Shown one piece after another: positions 41,201 through 53,424 of a stretch of DNA of 64,000 nt. Origin of the DNA: Lingula anatina (taxonomy: Eukaryota; Animalia; Brachiopoda); the NCBI GenBank assembly GCA_051362555.1, contig CM120640.1, positions 70,782,788 through 70,846,787 of the forward strand. The letters run 5' to 3'. The position numbers and the translations under genes are program-made. The first letter of the stretch is position 1; every line of letters starts with the position of its first letter. The notes beneath the pieces were generated by a model. It ran no database searches and was not told where the DNA came from. It worked only from the letters and a program-made list of their open reading frames with translations.

Positions 41201-44200
41201 TAGTAACTATGGACCTATCTCTGCCAGTTTTGGAGATAAAAGGGAAGCAAAATTTGCAAAGTTCAGTTCATGGTGAAAAGTAGGTCAAAGGTCAATTTTA
41301 AGGTCACATTTAGATTGCCAGTATATGACTTCCTATTCAACTTCAATAGTAACTATGGACCTATCTCTGCCAGTTTTGGAGATAAAAGGGAAGCAAAATT
41401 TGCAAAGTTCAGTTCATGGTGAAAAGTAGGTCAAAGGTCAATTTTAAGGTCACATTTAGATTGCCAGTATATGACTTCCTATTCAACTTCAATAGTAACT
41501 ATGGACCTATCTCTGCAAGTTTTGGAGATAAATGGGAAGCAAAATTTGCAAAGTTCAGTTCATGGTGAAAAGTAGGTCAAAGGTCAATTTTAAGGTCACA
41601 TTTAGATTGCCAGTATATGACTTCCTATTCAAGTTCAATAGTAACTATGGACCTATCTCTGCCAGTTTTGGAGATATAAGGGACTAAATGTTATAATTTT
41701 GAAGTTACCATAATGTGCCATAAATTTCCTACAAAAAAAATTAATTAAAATAAAGAAAAGGTCATTTTGGTCAAAATTCTTGAAATGGGAGGTGCTCTGA
41801 AGTTCCAGATGTTCAAATTTGTTGAAATAATGTCATTTTTGACCACAAGTTGTCTGCTTTGCCAAGCCTTATGTTTTATTTTTCCGGAGTTCAAAATTTA
41901 TTATCCATTACCGTACTGCACATTTTGCTTTCACCACCAATATGTACTTTTTGATACAGCGTAACTCGAAAACCGTATGGAATACAAAAAAACGGAGACC
42001 ACCTCCAGTGTTGGGCTTTACATGCTCTACAAAATGCAAAAAAGAATGGGTGTCTAGCATTAACGGTTCCCGAATTAGAGACAGTTTTCAGTTTCGATAT
42101 CTTATGGCCGCTACTCCCGTGAAAATGCACCGATTGACCCCAAATTCACGGAGATGAAAGATGACCTGAAGGGTAACACTTTCCATTAATATTATTAGTT
42201 AAGTCTGTGTGGTGTCTGAATAAGACCGCAAATAATTTTTTTTTCGGCAAAAATTTTGTTTTTTTGAAAATTTTGGCCCGTTTGACCTTAAAATAAAGGT
42301 CAAAGGTCAAATCCAAGGGCATATTTGAAATCTACACATATGACTTTTGGAAAGCTGTCTGTAGAAATTTTTCCCATAATTCCTTCTGTAGGGGAGATAA
42401 TTAGCATTTAATTTTGCCATTTTTGGACAAGGGTGCATTGCAATGAGTGCCACACCTAGACCCCAATACCGACAAAGCCCAAATTTTACGTGGAACGAGT
42501 TGAGATTATAGGTGACCTAAATCCAAGAGATGGGTATGGAGGCCCTTACCGTCTAGGAGGAGAAGCGGTAACGGTGACTTGGCGGCGGAGCCGCAGGAGC
42601 CGCAGGAGCCGCAGGAGCCGCAGGAGCCGGCGGAACATACGGGTCGGGACTAAAACCATGTGTACCGCCAGCGCCTACGCTGGTGGTACAATAACCCAAA
42701 TAAGACGGTGTATTTTACGTTTTTCTTTGAGGTATCAATTTCAGCTCAAATTATTACATTGAAATGCTCACACTATTATAAATTTTGAGAATATAATTGA
42801 TTGCAGTTTAACCTGGCTTTGCCCCAACCTTTTCGATCACGAAAAACAACAGGGACCGGGTAATCTATCCAAACGCGTTTTTTTTTCTTTACTTTTAATT
42901 ATGAAGCGGAGATTAAGACGACGACGATAATATCGAGTGACTCGAACGTCAAATTATGGCTGTACCCACGCACCATTTTTCCATTATTTATACCCACCAT
43001 CCCTAATCAACGATCTCACCTGGTTTCTGACGAATATCGACGCTCGCTTACCGTCATTACAATTTTGTTACAAGAAATATCCTAACGGCAACTGGATATA
43101 ACACTTCTACATATTAGTTTGAAGACCTTCATTTGAATTAAGCTGTTTTCTTTGGTACCAACGTCTTACTAATGAACCACAACTTTAAAACAGGTCGAAA
43201 GCGAGCATATAAAAAATGCTCTTGTATTAAGCCATTAAAATTCACCATAGATAAGGGTTTTTCTTAACTGAAGGAACTTGCAGGCAACATAATTGTACAT
43301 CACAATAATTTATATGTGTCCACACAATGATCAAAGACTACAGCATGGTTATATAATGTTTTCATGAAATCTGACCGGCTATCATTACCAATAAATGTTA
43401 CAATTTTTTTGGTTGAACTTTGCTTGGTTTGGTGCATGCAAGCTCGTTCTGTCACATTATACGTTACCGATACGGACTGTCACCAGCACCTATTACTGGC
43501 GACGGATGTTTCTTCTGTGTTTTTTTTTTTTTCGAATTTATATCAGAATATTTTATTTATCGCAATAAAGGAAATGTCTGGCATATATTTATATAGCAAA
43601 TATTCTTATATGACATTATCCATACAACTTATTCGATCCAGACTTAGTTCACGTGTATCTTGATGGAATGATTTAAGCAAGCAGTTTTTTAAGAACTTTA
43701 TTTTAAATTGCAATTTTCAAAGAACTTTATTTTAAATTAATAGTTTTATATTCCCGTTCTTCCGCTGAAACGAGCAGATTTCTTATTGTTTCATGAATAA
43801 AATAATAAATAAAAATCCCTTCTTCATACAATGTTCTTCGTTTGATAGTTATCCTTGTTGAACAGTGAACGAAAATAAAGGCAGTCTCAAGAAATATGTT
43901 GATGGAGAGATAGGAAGATGGCGATCTTATCGGAGCTCTCAATTTACCTGTACGTTGCAGTAATTAAACAGTTAGCTTACGTGGCAGCTCTGATTCAAAG
44001 TGTCACCTGAAAATCTTTTGTCCGACTTAAACTTTCAAGATGTGCCAAGTTTGATTTCAATCACGCTCCCTGCGGCAACTGCCGATACGAAACCAGCACC
44101 AGACAACAGTGAAATTATCATCCCAAGAGGAAATCTAAAGCACGGAGCTGTCTGCAAGCCAGCTGTCCAAAGTTGGTAAGTTAATAGTGCAGTTTCAAAA

Positions 44201-47059
44201 TATACGAAACCCTACACCCTGGAACTGATCACAGTATTAAGGAATGTGCTTTTGTGCGACTACATGTAGCCCTATTTCTACAATTATTATAATCATTGAA
44301 TAATAAGACTTTTCCCACCATCAATTAACTCAAACATTACAGAAAGAGATTCCGTTAAGATGTTATGTTGTTGGTGTGATCTGTAAGTTTGATGTTCATT
44401 ACATAGGATTGGACGTTGCTTTTACGGGTAAAAAAAAAAAAAAAACCACAATACTCTTAAAATTAGACTGCGCTAAATAGGGTATCGACTAGTTAGCAAA
44501 CTAAAATCAAGGATGGAGGGATGTGCTACAGAAACGGCATAATTACGGATTACTATTAGCACCTCTTTACTATCTAGAATTGTTCACCATACTGACTCTT
44601 GTCAAAGCCGACACAGGCTCTAAATATTGTAATACAATAGATGTAGCGTTTAACTCCCCCCTCACCCCACCGATAATGACTGGCCTGTAATTGTGCGTTT
44701 AACAAAGGTAGTGTTACAGTGATATTCACACCTTAAGCCTCTGGCGATAGTCAAGCAAGCAGAAGAAGATATAAAACCTCCTTCACTATAAACTGAGCCA
44801 CACAACAGTGGTCAAATTCCTGCTTAAATCAAGACGGCTATTCCAGCCCACTTTCCCGCCATTTTGCATTAATTTGACACATGTAGTCGTACGTGTAGTG
44901 TAAAATGTCAACGAAGTACTGATTGGCTTAAAAACCGGAAGCTAGGGGAAATGAACCAAGCGTTTACCTTGGCACAAATGGCCTTCGTTAAATTTGTACG
45001 CAGTCATGTGACGTGAAAGTGCCGTGAAACTTATTACGAGTTTTCGCATTTATGTTACTCCGATTGAACAGTATGATTAGTCTGACGTCGGTGAAAAAAA
45101 GGGAAATTATTTTGGGTTTAAATGTTATTTATTTATTTATTTTTTTGGACATTTTAAAGTCGGCTCACTGACTCACTTAGTCAAAGTTATGCCTGGGTTG
45201 CATCACAGTTAGCGGGAAACTGGACCTGCAGTATTATAGACCACAACACAGTGACGTATCATCGACTCGTTGACAAAGGTATCATTTACAAGAAATCAGT
45301 AAATCAATGTGAATAACTCTTAAACATCCCATTCTAACCAGAGCAAAGGGTCGCGTCGCAGCGTAACACAGGACGATTTAATAACCCACAATTAAGCAAG
45401 ATCATATATCACGCCTGTTTTCACACATGATTGTGTGTTGCCGAAAGGCGAGAAACACCCCGCCGTCACCCCATTTGCGTAAGCCCACCCCTTCTTACTC
45501 ATCGCTGCATGTGTGTAAGATGTGAGTAAGATGTACGTAAGTCGGCATTGTCCTTTAGCCTACGGATTTTCACACAATTCTTTTGTCCTCTTAAGGGGCG
45601 TACGTAAGACAAGTTAATCGTTTTTGAAGTAAGCGTATCCGTAATGGCATCTTCTCTGCACAAAACTGTAGATGCATATCTAAAGAATGACATTAAGAAC
45701 CAACTTTAAATTTTGACTTTAAAAATAAAAGCTGAAAGGAAAGAGAACTCACAGCACAAACATTCCCTACAATGACAGAATCTACAGCTTCTGCATGTAC
45801 ATTGCCAGCATGCAAGGCTCCCGCAGCTGCTATTTCACATAAGTCTGTTGCTGTCTTATTTTTCAGTTTTCCACCAAAAGTTCCGAATGCAGTACGCTTA
45901 GCAGCAACGATGAACACAGCTGTAAATAAGCACGTAGTGTGTTAACAATTCAAAAAAATTATTTGGGTACACACATACACTCACACACTAATGGATAGAG
46001 TTAGATATGCATATATTTATTTTAATCTGTATATGATTTTAAGTTTATTTTTTGGGGGGCAGTAACTGACCATTTGCCAGCAGGTACCTGTACTGTGTGT
46101 ACTACCCCTCCCTCCCTCCCCCCCCCCCAAAAAAAAAAAATTAAATAATTAATAATAATGTATATTAAACAAATAATAATTAAAATAAAATGAAATCAAT
46201 AAAATGGCAGGGCCTGTATTTGACAAACCTGCATGTACAAATGGGGGCGTCTCGATAGTCCGAAGGTTCATTGGTCCGAAGGTTCATTGGTCCGAAAAGT
46301 GGTAACATTTTCATCAATTTTTTAATCAAGGGTTCATTGGTCCGAAGGTTTTATAGTGAACATTCGGACCAATGAACCTTCGGACTATTGAACCTTCGGG
46401 TTATCGCTACGGCCCCGTACAAATATCTAAGGTTTTATTGTAATAATATGAAAAACTACATGTACAATCATATTTGAAGCACTTTCTCCCTCCAAACCAT
46501 ATAAACGGTTAATTAATGAAACTTCACAAACCAAACTGGCAAGCTATTTCCCATCCGTTATCCCTACATATAAAACTGCTGTTTAGCACGAGGTCCACCG
46601 ACTACAGTCACTATGTGTTTTGTTTGCCGAGCACACCGAGTCACAAAAAGTACCCCCCCCCCCCCCCCCCTCCAGCAGAGCCATGGAGCCACCATTCAGA
46701 ATGCTGAAGTTTGGACATGAATTCATAGTCATAGAACTATTCATAGAACTATTCCTTACGATGTTTGACTCTTGACAAGGCGCGCTAAAAGGACTTACCC
46801 CCCCCCCCCTTCGAGTTATACATCGACTTGAGAGAACTGACATGTCAGAGCACAAGTTGGACTTTGACCCACGTGTCAGTGCGTCGTTACTTTTGCCGGG
46901 GATATTTTTATGTTAAATGACAGGCTTTTTTACATGCATAGTTAGATTCTACAAATTGTTTACATGTTCTTTTGTAGCACAAACACGAAGTTTTAACTTT
47001 TAAAATGTATAACTAAAACTAAACGCCGGTCCAAAACGAAACTCACCTCTCGACGCCAT
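35221..47059 (-). CDS. ACAA2: 3-ketoacyl-CoA thiolase, mitochondrial; 11 coding exons
   Basis: [36 protein letters not shown] (catalytic Cys), [66 protein letters not shown]; ~7.3-kb intron 2. Confidence 0.95.
37545..37804. mobile_element. PIF/Harbinger-like MITE
   Basis: ~35-bp perfect TIRs GGCCCAGTTTTATAAAGGACGTTTAGCACTAACCA; 3-bp TSD CAG. Confidence 0.85.
38471..38626. mobile_element. hAT-like MITE
   Basis: CAGTGTT..AACACTG ends; perfect 8-bp TSD CAACTGAA (38463-38470, 38627-38634). Confidence 0.8.
39406..39843. mobile_element. TTAA-flanked (Kolobok-like) composite MITE with duplicated left end
   Basis: TIRs AGCCTAGGTCCCAAATACGTTTT / AAAACGTAGTTGGGACCTAGG; the first ~105 bp is repeated at ~39514-39618; an extra right-TIR copy lies near 39737-39753. 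Confidence 0.7.
40230..41682. repeat. Tandem array, 146-bp unit, ~10 copies
   Basis: GTCAATT anchors at 40271, 40415, 40561, 40707, 40853, 40999, 41145, 41291, 41437, 41583; inner units are nearly identical. Confidence 0.95.
42590..42629. repeat. (GCCGCAGGA)n 9-bp tandem repeat
   Basis: About four direct copies near the hairpin end of the HINE-like element. Confidence 0.85.
46243..46416. mobile_element. MITE with GG..CC ends, subterminal 16-bp repeats and 8-bp TSD (Merlin- or MULE-like)
   Basis: TSD GTACAAAT (46235-46242, 46417-46424); GTCCGAAGGTTCATTG repeats on the left and their inverse on the right. Confidence 0.8.
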
Positions 47060-47079
47060 GACGCTCTGTCAATACTGTG

Positions 47080-47140
47080 AAACTTGATTGGATAGTGAAG
47101 TCGTGCAGCTGGCCAATAGGATTAACGAAAACAGCCAACG
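47080..47140 (-). promoter_or_regulatory. CCAAT-box cluster upstream of ACAA2
   Basis: ATTGG (~47086) and CCAAT (~47113) within 60 bp of the ATG. Confidence 0.4.
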
Positions 47141-47878
47141 CACCTGTTGCACATTATGAAGACGCCCTTGACACGCTTTAGTACAATAACACGTAGTTTT
47201 TTTTTTTTCAAAACAACAGCTGAATTCAGAGCAATGTGCACTCCAGTATTTTTGAATTCACCTTCGTTCAAGGAACGATATTTTAAAAATCCATTTACGA
47301 GTCCTTCACATTTTTTTCAAGACATTTGTCATTTCCACGGACGCCCCCCAAAAAAACATAAATAAATAAATAAAATTAATAATAATAATAATAATTTGAT
47401 AAATATTAGAAAAAAATATTTCCAAGGCCTCACAACACCCCATATAGGACTTTATTAGTTTGCTAATGAGTGAACTATTATCATATATGAATAATTTGCA
47501 TTTTTAATAATATCTTTACATGTGTCAACATTTCATTCATCCCTTTACTTGAATGATTAAAAGAGCTAATATGAGGCATTAACACACCACACATTATTTC
47601 ACTTCCTTTTTATTTTCCAATTATAACATCTTGAATAAAAAGTTACAACATATATACTGAGTATGTATATGCTTGTAATTAAGAAAGGTAGTATCATTCC
47701 AAGTTCACCTTCACAATCTGATAGTAAACATTTATCAGACTAATACATTTCCAGAATGGTCATGACAAAAACAGTTTGTGTACAGAACTCTTACATAATT
47801 TTTGAATAAAATTATTAAAATTTATATTTTGTGCTCCATTGTTTCAATACCCAAATCAGTCAAAAGATGTTTAAAATT

Positions 47879-50800
47879 TCAGTTTCTCCCTGATCTCTCA
47901 AGATCTCCCTGCTCTAATTCATATGCTGGTCTGTATTTTGCAAGTCCAAACTGGTCAATGTATCTGAGTGCTGGATTAGGGTGGGTGTTCTCCATGCTTC
48001 CTAATGACGTATACCTGTAATATCAAATAAGAATAAAAACTTTTTAAAAGATTGGATAAATACATTTGTTATTTTCTTTTGATAATTTCAAAAGCCTTTA
48101 TTTTGGTCACATCAATATGTAAAAAGTCTGTTTTATGTATTTACCTGCAATAACATCAAGTAAGTGAATTTCAGTTTCATATTTGGAATTTTGGTGAAGG
48201 AAACTTACCCTATATCATACAGGGAACAATAAGGTAGGTTCAAACCCCTGAGAAACCTCCAAATATCGTGATAAGACCAATCCAAAATGGGATTTACTCT
48301 CATAAATTGTGGCCAGTCTGGATCAGTCATACTGAAGGCTTCTAACTGAACTGAAAGAGATGAGAGCAGAATCATCAAATCATTTTCAATACTCAAATGA
48401 CCTGTGTGACTTTTTAGCTAAGTCAAAAGTTTACTGCTGAGAACATCCATTGCCAACTGCAAAATTATTTTTTTAAAAAGTTCTATCTGACCATTATTTT
48501 AGCTCAAATGAAGATATTTGTACCTGAGTAAGGATCTGTTCTCCTAGTTCCCATGACAACAGCTTTAATATGTGGACAATCTTTCTTAAGTTCCCCCAAA
48601 CATTCCTTTATCCTTCCATCATATCTTAATAACTGTAAACCATACCTGAAAGAAAGGCATTTCAGAAAGTGCATAAAACAAATGAGAAAAATATATAATT
48701 TGACTGAAGGATGTGTAAAAATGTCTTTTAAGTACTTTCTTATAGAAAGACTAAAAAAAGCTCTGTTAGGCTCTATTCCCATAGATTTTAGATCGATCTA
48801 TCCCTGCGGGGAGTCTCACTAGATTACTTTCAGATAATCCGACTTAAATGTCCATCCCGCCTACTACAAGCAGTAAGGGGGTAATTAACTTTCGTGTCCG
48901 CCCGGCTGACAGCTATTTAGCGTGAACCCCCAGGGAGTTAAGTCGATCTAAAGTAGGTCGATCTAATCTATGGAAATGGGGTGTTAGAGTATGTAAACAG
49001 TAAGGATTTTCAGTGAATAATATAGCAAACTCAGGCGATTTGATCACCCCAGAGATTTTTGAGAGGTTTTTGAAATCTATATATACCATGAGTGAAGTAG
49101 GAAAACTAGCAGTTATAAAACTTAAATGGAAAAGAAAGTCTAAAATGTGACAGAAAATATGGTGCAACACAGTTTAGGTTAAGTTTAAACAAATGGTACC
49201 TTTCAAACTTTAGGGTACAGAGATGGAGATGGTTGTGGCTGCCTATAGCAACAGCAAGTGTGATTAGCAGATGATGATGATGACTTTGTGGACCAACAGA
49301 TTTTGTCAGATTGTATTGCTTTATAAATACAGTCAACTTACCTATCAACTCCCTGTTGTATAAATAATTCTACCTCTGGGAATGGGGATCTGCTTCTTAT
49401 GTACAATGCTTTCAGAGGAGCATCAACAACTTGGTCAGCATACTTCCTAACATCACAAAACAATATTTTATTTTTCAAACAATATATGTACATAAACTAA
49501 TGAAATGAAAGATTGTTTCTGTATTAAAACACATACTTTGCAAAATCTGATCAACGAAATCAAATATGTTTACTAGTTAAATGTTTATTTCATCTAATTA
49601 CTTGCCATTATACACTCTGTGCAGTTTTGAATTGAATCTTTTTAACACATAACATGTTGGTAATCCAATGTTCTTCAATCAAAACTCTTTCTTTAATTGG
49701 ATACAAATGAATGAAAAAACCTCCGAGATACTATGCTAGTGTATAACTATTAAGTGTCAATCATCTTTTTGTTAAACTTACTTTTTAACCACAGTGTAGA
49801 ATAGATGCAGCAATGCTGAACAATCCTTTCCGCCATTAAAGCCAACACATACCTCATCTAAACTAAAACAAGATGTCATACATCAATACCTTCTTATATG
49901 TTACTTATGAATAAAATAATGGTTAATAATTGCTTTTAATGCTGATGGACATTTTTCAAACATCACAAGTTTCAGAGATGAACAGCTTATCAAATGATCC
50001 AACAAAATTTACCTATATTTTTCTAAACATTCCTCTAAGACCCTGAGAGATGATTTAACTGTTGGCCATGTCTCAGCTTGGCTATATACTTCTTCAACAG
50101 CATGACTGAGGGGATCTTTCTCATACTTCACTAGGGCCTCTGAAATGGAAAACAATCACTGGATATCTGAGATTTTTTTAAAAAAAGAAACACGAACTTG
50201 TGGAAGGTCAGTGATTAAAAAGTTGACATGCTTTACCTTCAAGTGAAACATTCTAGTTAATGCCATCAAGGAAGAAACATTATATCAACCACCTTTATAA
50301 TGTAAGGAATAATTATTCAAGACAACATTTACTTCTCCTGAGAATTGCCCTATGTGATAACACTGACATAAGAAATGAAAAATAAATCCCTTTTAAATGT
50401 TTGATAAAACATGCAATCATGAACATGTGTATGAAATAAGACCAGTTGACAGACCTCAGTATCTAAAGAGAATCTATGTAGTACAGATAAGCATACCTTT
50501 TGGTAATAATCCTTGTAGAAAATAAGTTGCTTCATCAAGTTTCCCTTTATCTGTGGCCTCAAGTGTAACCTTCACCTTGTAATAACTAAATAACATCATA
50601 TCCTTTGAGAAAAACTGAACAGGATTTAGAATGAAAAATGACATGAATGACTTGAAAACTAGTAAAATATTTTCTACCAATATCCAGATGTCTGAAATAG
50701 TCCAGATATTTAATTACATCAGCTATACACCTACTATAAGACATAAATAATATTTACCTATTGTGAAAATCTGGATATGATCCTAAAATCACAGTATCTC

Positions 50801-52372
50801 TGTATCTCTCGTCAACTTTGTTAAATGCATCAGCAATGCTAAATTCGTCCATATTAATGTACAGCTCTTTAGTGTAAACACTGGAGTCAGGATTGTGGAA
50901 AAGTCCCTGGAATGTGTGAATAATGAATATTAATCCTGAAAAATGTCAAATCTTACTGTGTAGATGTCAGACATTACAATAGGCTTCAACTGACAAATTT
51001 ATAATGTTAAATTGTCTTGAGGATTTTCAAAATCTATAATTCAAAGAAAACCAAACACAATCCCTGGCAATCTAAGTTACCTCTAACATGACAAAAGCCC
51101 TCTCCATCAAGGAGGGAACTCCAGGAAACATGTACACATTGTGTATGGATACAAGAGGATACTTGGTCTTCTGGCCAGTAGCCGGATCTGAACCATACTG
51201 AAGTTTAGCTGACTTTGGAATCTAAAAATAAATCAACAACATTACATCATGATTAGCTTGTCACATTAAGTGTCTTCCTTGATAATAATGTCATCATGAG
51301 CCTATTGTACTGTGAAAAAAGAAACTATGACTGTGACAATGGTATTTGTTAAAAGAAATTTGAAAATACTTAAATATTTGAAACCAGAAATATGACATTG
51401 TGCCTACAGTGGCAAAATCACTTCAAAGAAAACAATGAAACATTGCTTTCCAGACTTACATGAGCCAACTTCAGCTTAGCTAACTAGCTGACTTACATGT
51501 GCTAACTTCAGCTTAGGGGACTTGAGGTCATCTGTACCAAAGTAATGCTGACATAATGCTACCAGTTCAGGATGCGGCTCCACACTTTCACCAAAGGCCT
51601 TGGCTACAGCTGTAGAAATAAGCAGATCCATTTATTTAAGCCATAAGGTTGAGGTTCCACTAACCCTTACAAAAAAATCCTAAAGGATCCTATAAGATCC
51701 TATAGGAAATTGGCCCAATTTCCCTTAGGATCTAATAGGATCCTATAGGACTTTTTCATTAGGGAAGGAACAAAAAATAAATATCACTAAGTGTTTAATT
51801 AAATATCACAACTGGTTATATAAAGTGCATCAAAATATATTATCCTAGTATTATCCTAAAATAATGGTATCCCGTTGACTTTGTTTAATCATATAAATCA
51901 CCTTCAAATGTGCGGTCGTCATGTGTTGGCCCTATGCCCCCCGAGGTGATGACGTGAGTGTAGGCAGCAGAAAACTGCTTCACAGCATTGGCTATTTCAT
52001 CAAGCTCATCTCCAACTGTCGTTATCTGCATAACAAGCCAAAAACACATCAATGAAAAAATACAGATTTCATTTGGCAGAAGGACAACAGGTTTGGACAG
52101 TAATGTTGCTTTAAAAGTTTGCCCCGCAAGTGGCTTAATTGTCAATCTTTATGCAGCGTTAGCTTTACTGACTATAGAGTAATTTTCTTGTTGCATGTAT
52201 CTTAAGCACCTGTAACTAAGAAGAGCCATTAATTCCTGATACATGTAGTCAAACTCATTCCAATTTCTTACCTTTTTGACTTTGACACCAAGTGAAAACA
52301 GTCTTTTGCAAAGAAAATGTGAATTGGTGTCTTGAGTTTGCCCTTTCAGGATTTCATCACCAATAACTGCAA

Positions 52373-52412
<40 letters not shown>

Positions 52413-52977
52413 TATAATAATAAACAAATTTATACAAGGGCAACCAATGTCAAATCTTCAAATCATACAAATAACACTGAAATAGTGTTAATAAATAGTG
52501 TTACTGAGATATTTAACTGTTATACTAAATTTAACTGGCTAAACTGTACATTGAATTTTATTTTAGGCTAAATAAATATCTGAATAAATTCACAAATTCA
52601 TTACCTGTGTTTGGAACTAGAGCAGTGATAAAACTGGTAAAAACATGGTAAATAATTTGTATTTTCTTCAGCCAAGATGAATTAATGTGCTAGTACAGTG
52701 GGCCTTGTAAATAACAAGTCCACTGTACTTGTGCCAGAGGTTCCTTGGAACTTAATCTACCTGTATGGGGACACAGGGCACCCTACTAGTAGGAGGGAAT
52801 CGGGTAAAATTTCACAAGATACTTACTTAAAATGCCAACCGTCGGAGAAGCCTCCATACTCGGTAGGAATGAGAGACGCTTCACTTGAGATGCGTGGCTA
52901 CATGGATAACAAAGAAATTGCTTTGAAACAAGATGATCAGATATACACAGCACTCTACGGTGCGCGGAACGTAGCAT
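47879..52977 (-). CDS. FLAD1: FAD synthase (molybdopterin-binding-like domain plus PAPS-reductase-type FAD synthase domain); ~13 exons
   Basis: [122 protein letters not shown]. Confidence 0.95.
48769..48982. mobile_element. Harbinger-like MITE in a FLAD1 intron
   Basis: Imperfect TIRs (..TTCCCATAGATT..TAGATCGA / TCGATCTAATCTATGGAAAT..); TTA on both flanks. Confidence 0.55.
51664..51764. mobile_element. Palindromic CCC..GGG MITE (animal EnSpm/CACTA-like)
   Basis: The whole element is an imperfect palindrome of GATCCTATAG units; AA dinucleotide on both flanks. Confidence 0.6.
52373..52410. repeat. (AAT)n microsatellite at a FLAD1 splice acceptor
   Basis: Direct trinucleotide run. Confidence 0.9.
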
Positions 52978-53269
52978 ATTACGAGTATTCACTAATTACG
53001 CAAGGCCATAACTATCCTGGCCGTAATATAAATATGCGTAACGTTTGTAACGTTTGTAAAGAGAAACTCCCCAGATTCCAGAAAGCAAACAATTGATATG
53101 CAATTCTGAATGTTATGCAATTCTGAATGTCGCGCTTGTACTGTGAAGTTCTGTTGTGAATTTACCGGAAGCCTTTCCGGAACTGCGGGTACAAAACCTA
53201 CGCCACCTGGCGGGAGTAGGTCTACACTAAGGTGCAGTTCAAGCTTCAACAACTTTAGCACTGTCAACA

Positions 53270-53424
53270 CCGGTGTGACAGGAATGGACGTCCTGGGTCC
53301 CCTATGATAAGTACGGGTTAGGGTTAGTTGGAATTGGGGTTAGTATATGGGGCGAATATCACCTGTGCAAAGCATGGGGAACGGAGTACGCGGTTCCTAG
53401 CGGACTTCCATCCCTGTCACACCG
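53270..53424. mobile_element. MITE-like element with TIRs CCGGTGTGACAGG/CCTGTCACACCGG (copy 2 of the 11957 family)
   Basis: 13-bp perfect TIRs; GGGTTAGGGTTAG core; homologous to 11957-12119. Confidence 0.7.

Larger units (their letters stand above)
40183..42694 (-). mobile_element. Helentron-associated non-autonomous element (HINE/DINE-1-like) with internal tandem array
   Basis: On the minus strand it starts TTATTGTACC with a subterminal hairpin (TGTACCGCCAGCG..CGCTGGTGGTACA, 42661-42690), followed by a 9-bp GC-rich repeat, TGACCT-rich tandem repeats, and an end of TTCTTGTT. This is the DINE-1/HINE layout. Confidence 0.65.

Noticed and set aside
40230-41682. CRISPR-like or coding tandem repeat (ORFs 40154-40546 and 40978-41283)
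   Set aside because: Units are contiguous with no unique spacers, the context is eukaryotic, and the ORFs are by-products of the repeat.
42490-42762. Protamine- or SR-like ORF (RRSRRSRRS)
   Set aside because: Produced by a 9-bp repeat within the HINE-like element; GTG start and no other coding support.
50598-50607. ATATCCTTTG U12-type donor motif
   Set aside because: On the strand opposite FLAD1, whose nearby introns are ordinary GT-AG.
52698-53307. Plus-strand ORFs of 132 and 65 aa
   Set aside because: Antisense to FLAD1 exon 1 and its promoter region; non-ATG or weak starts; no recognisable motifs.
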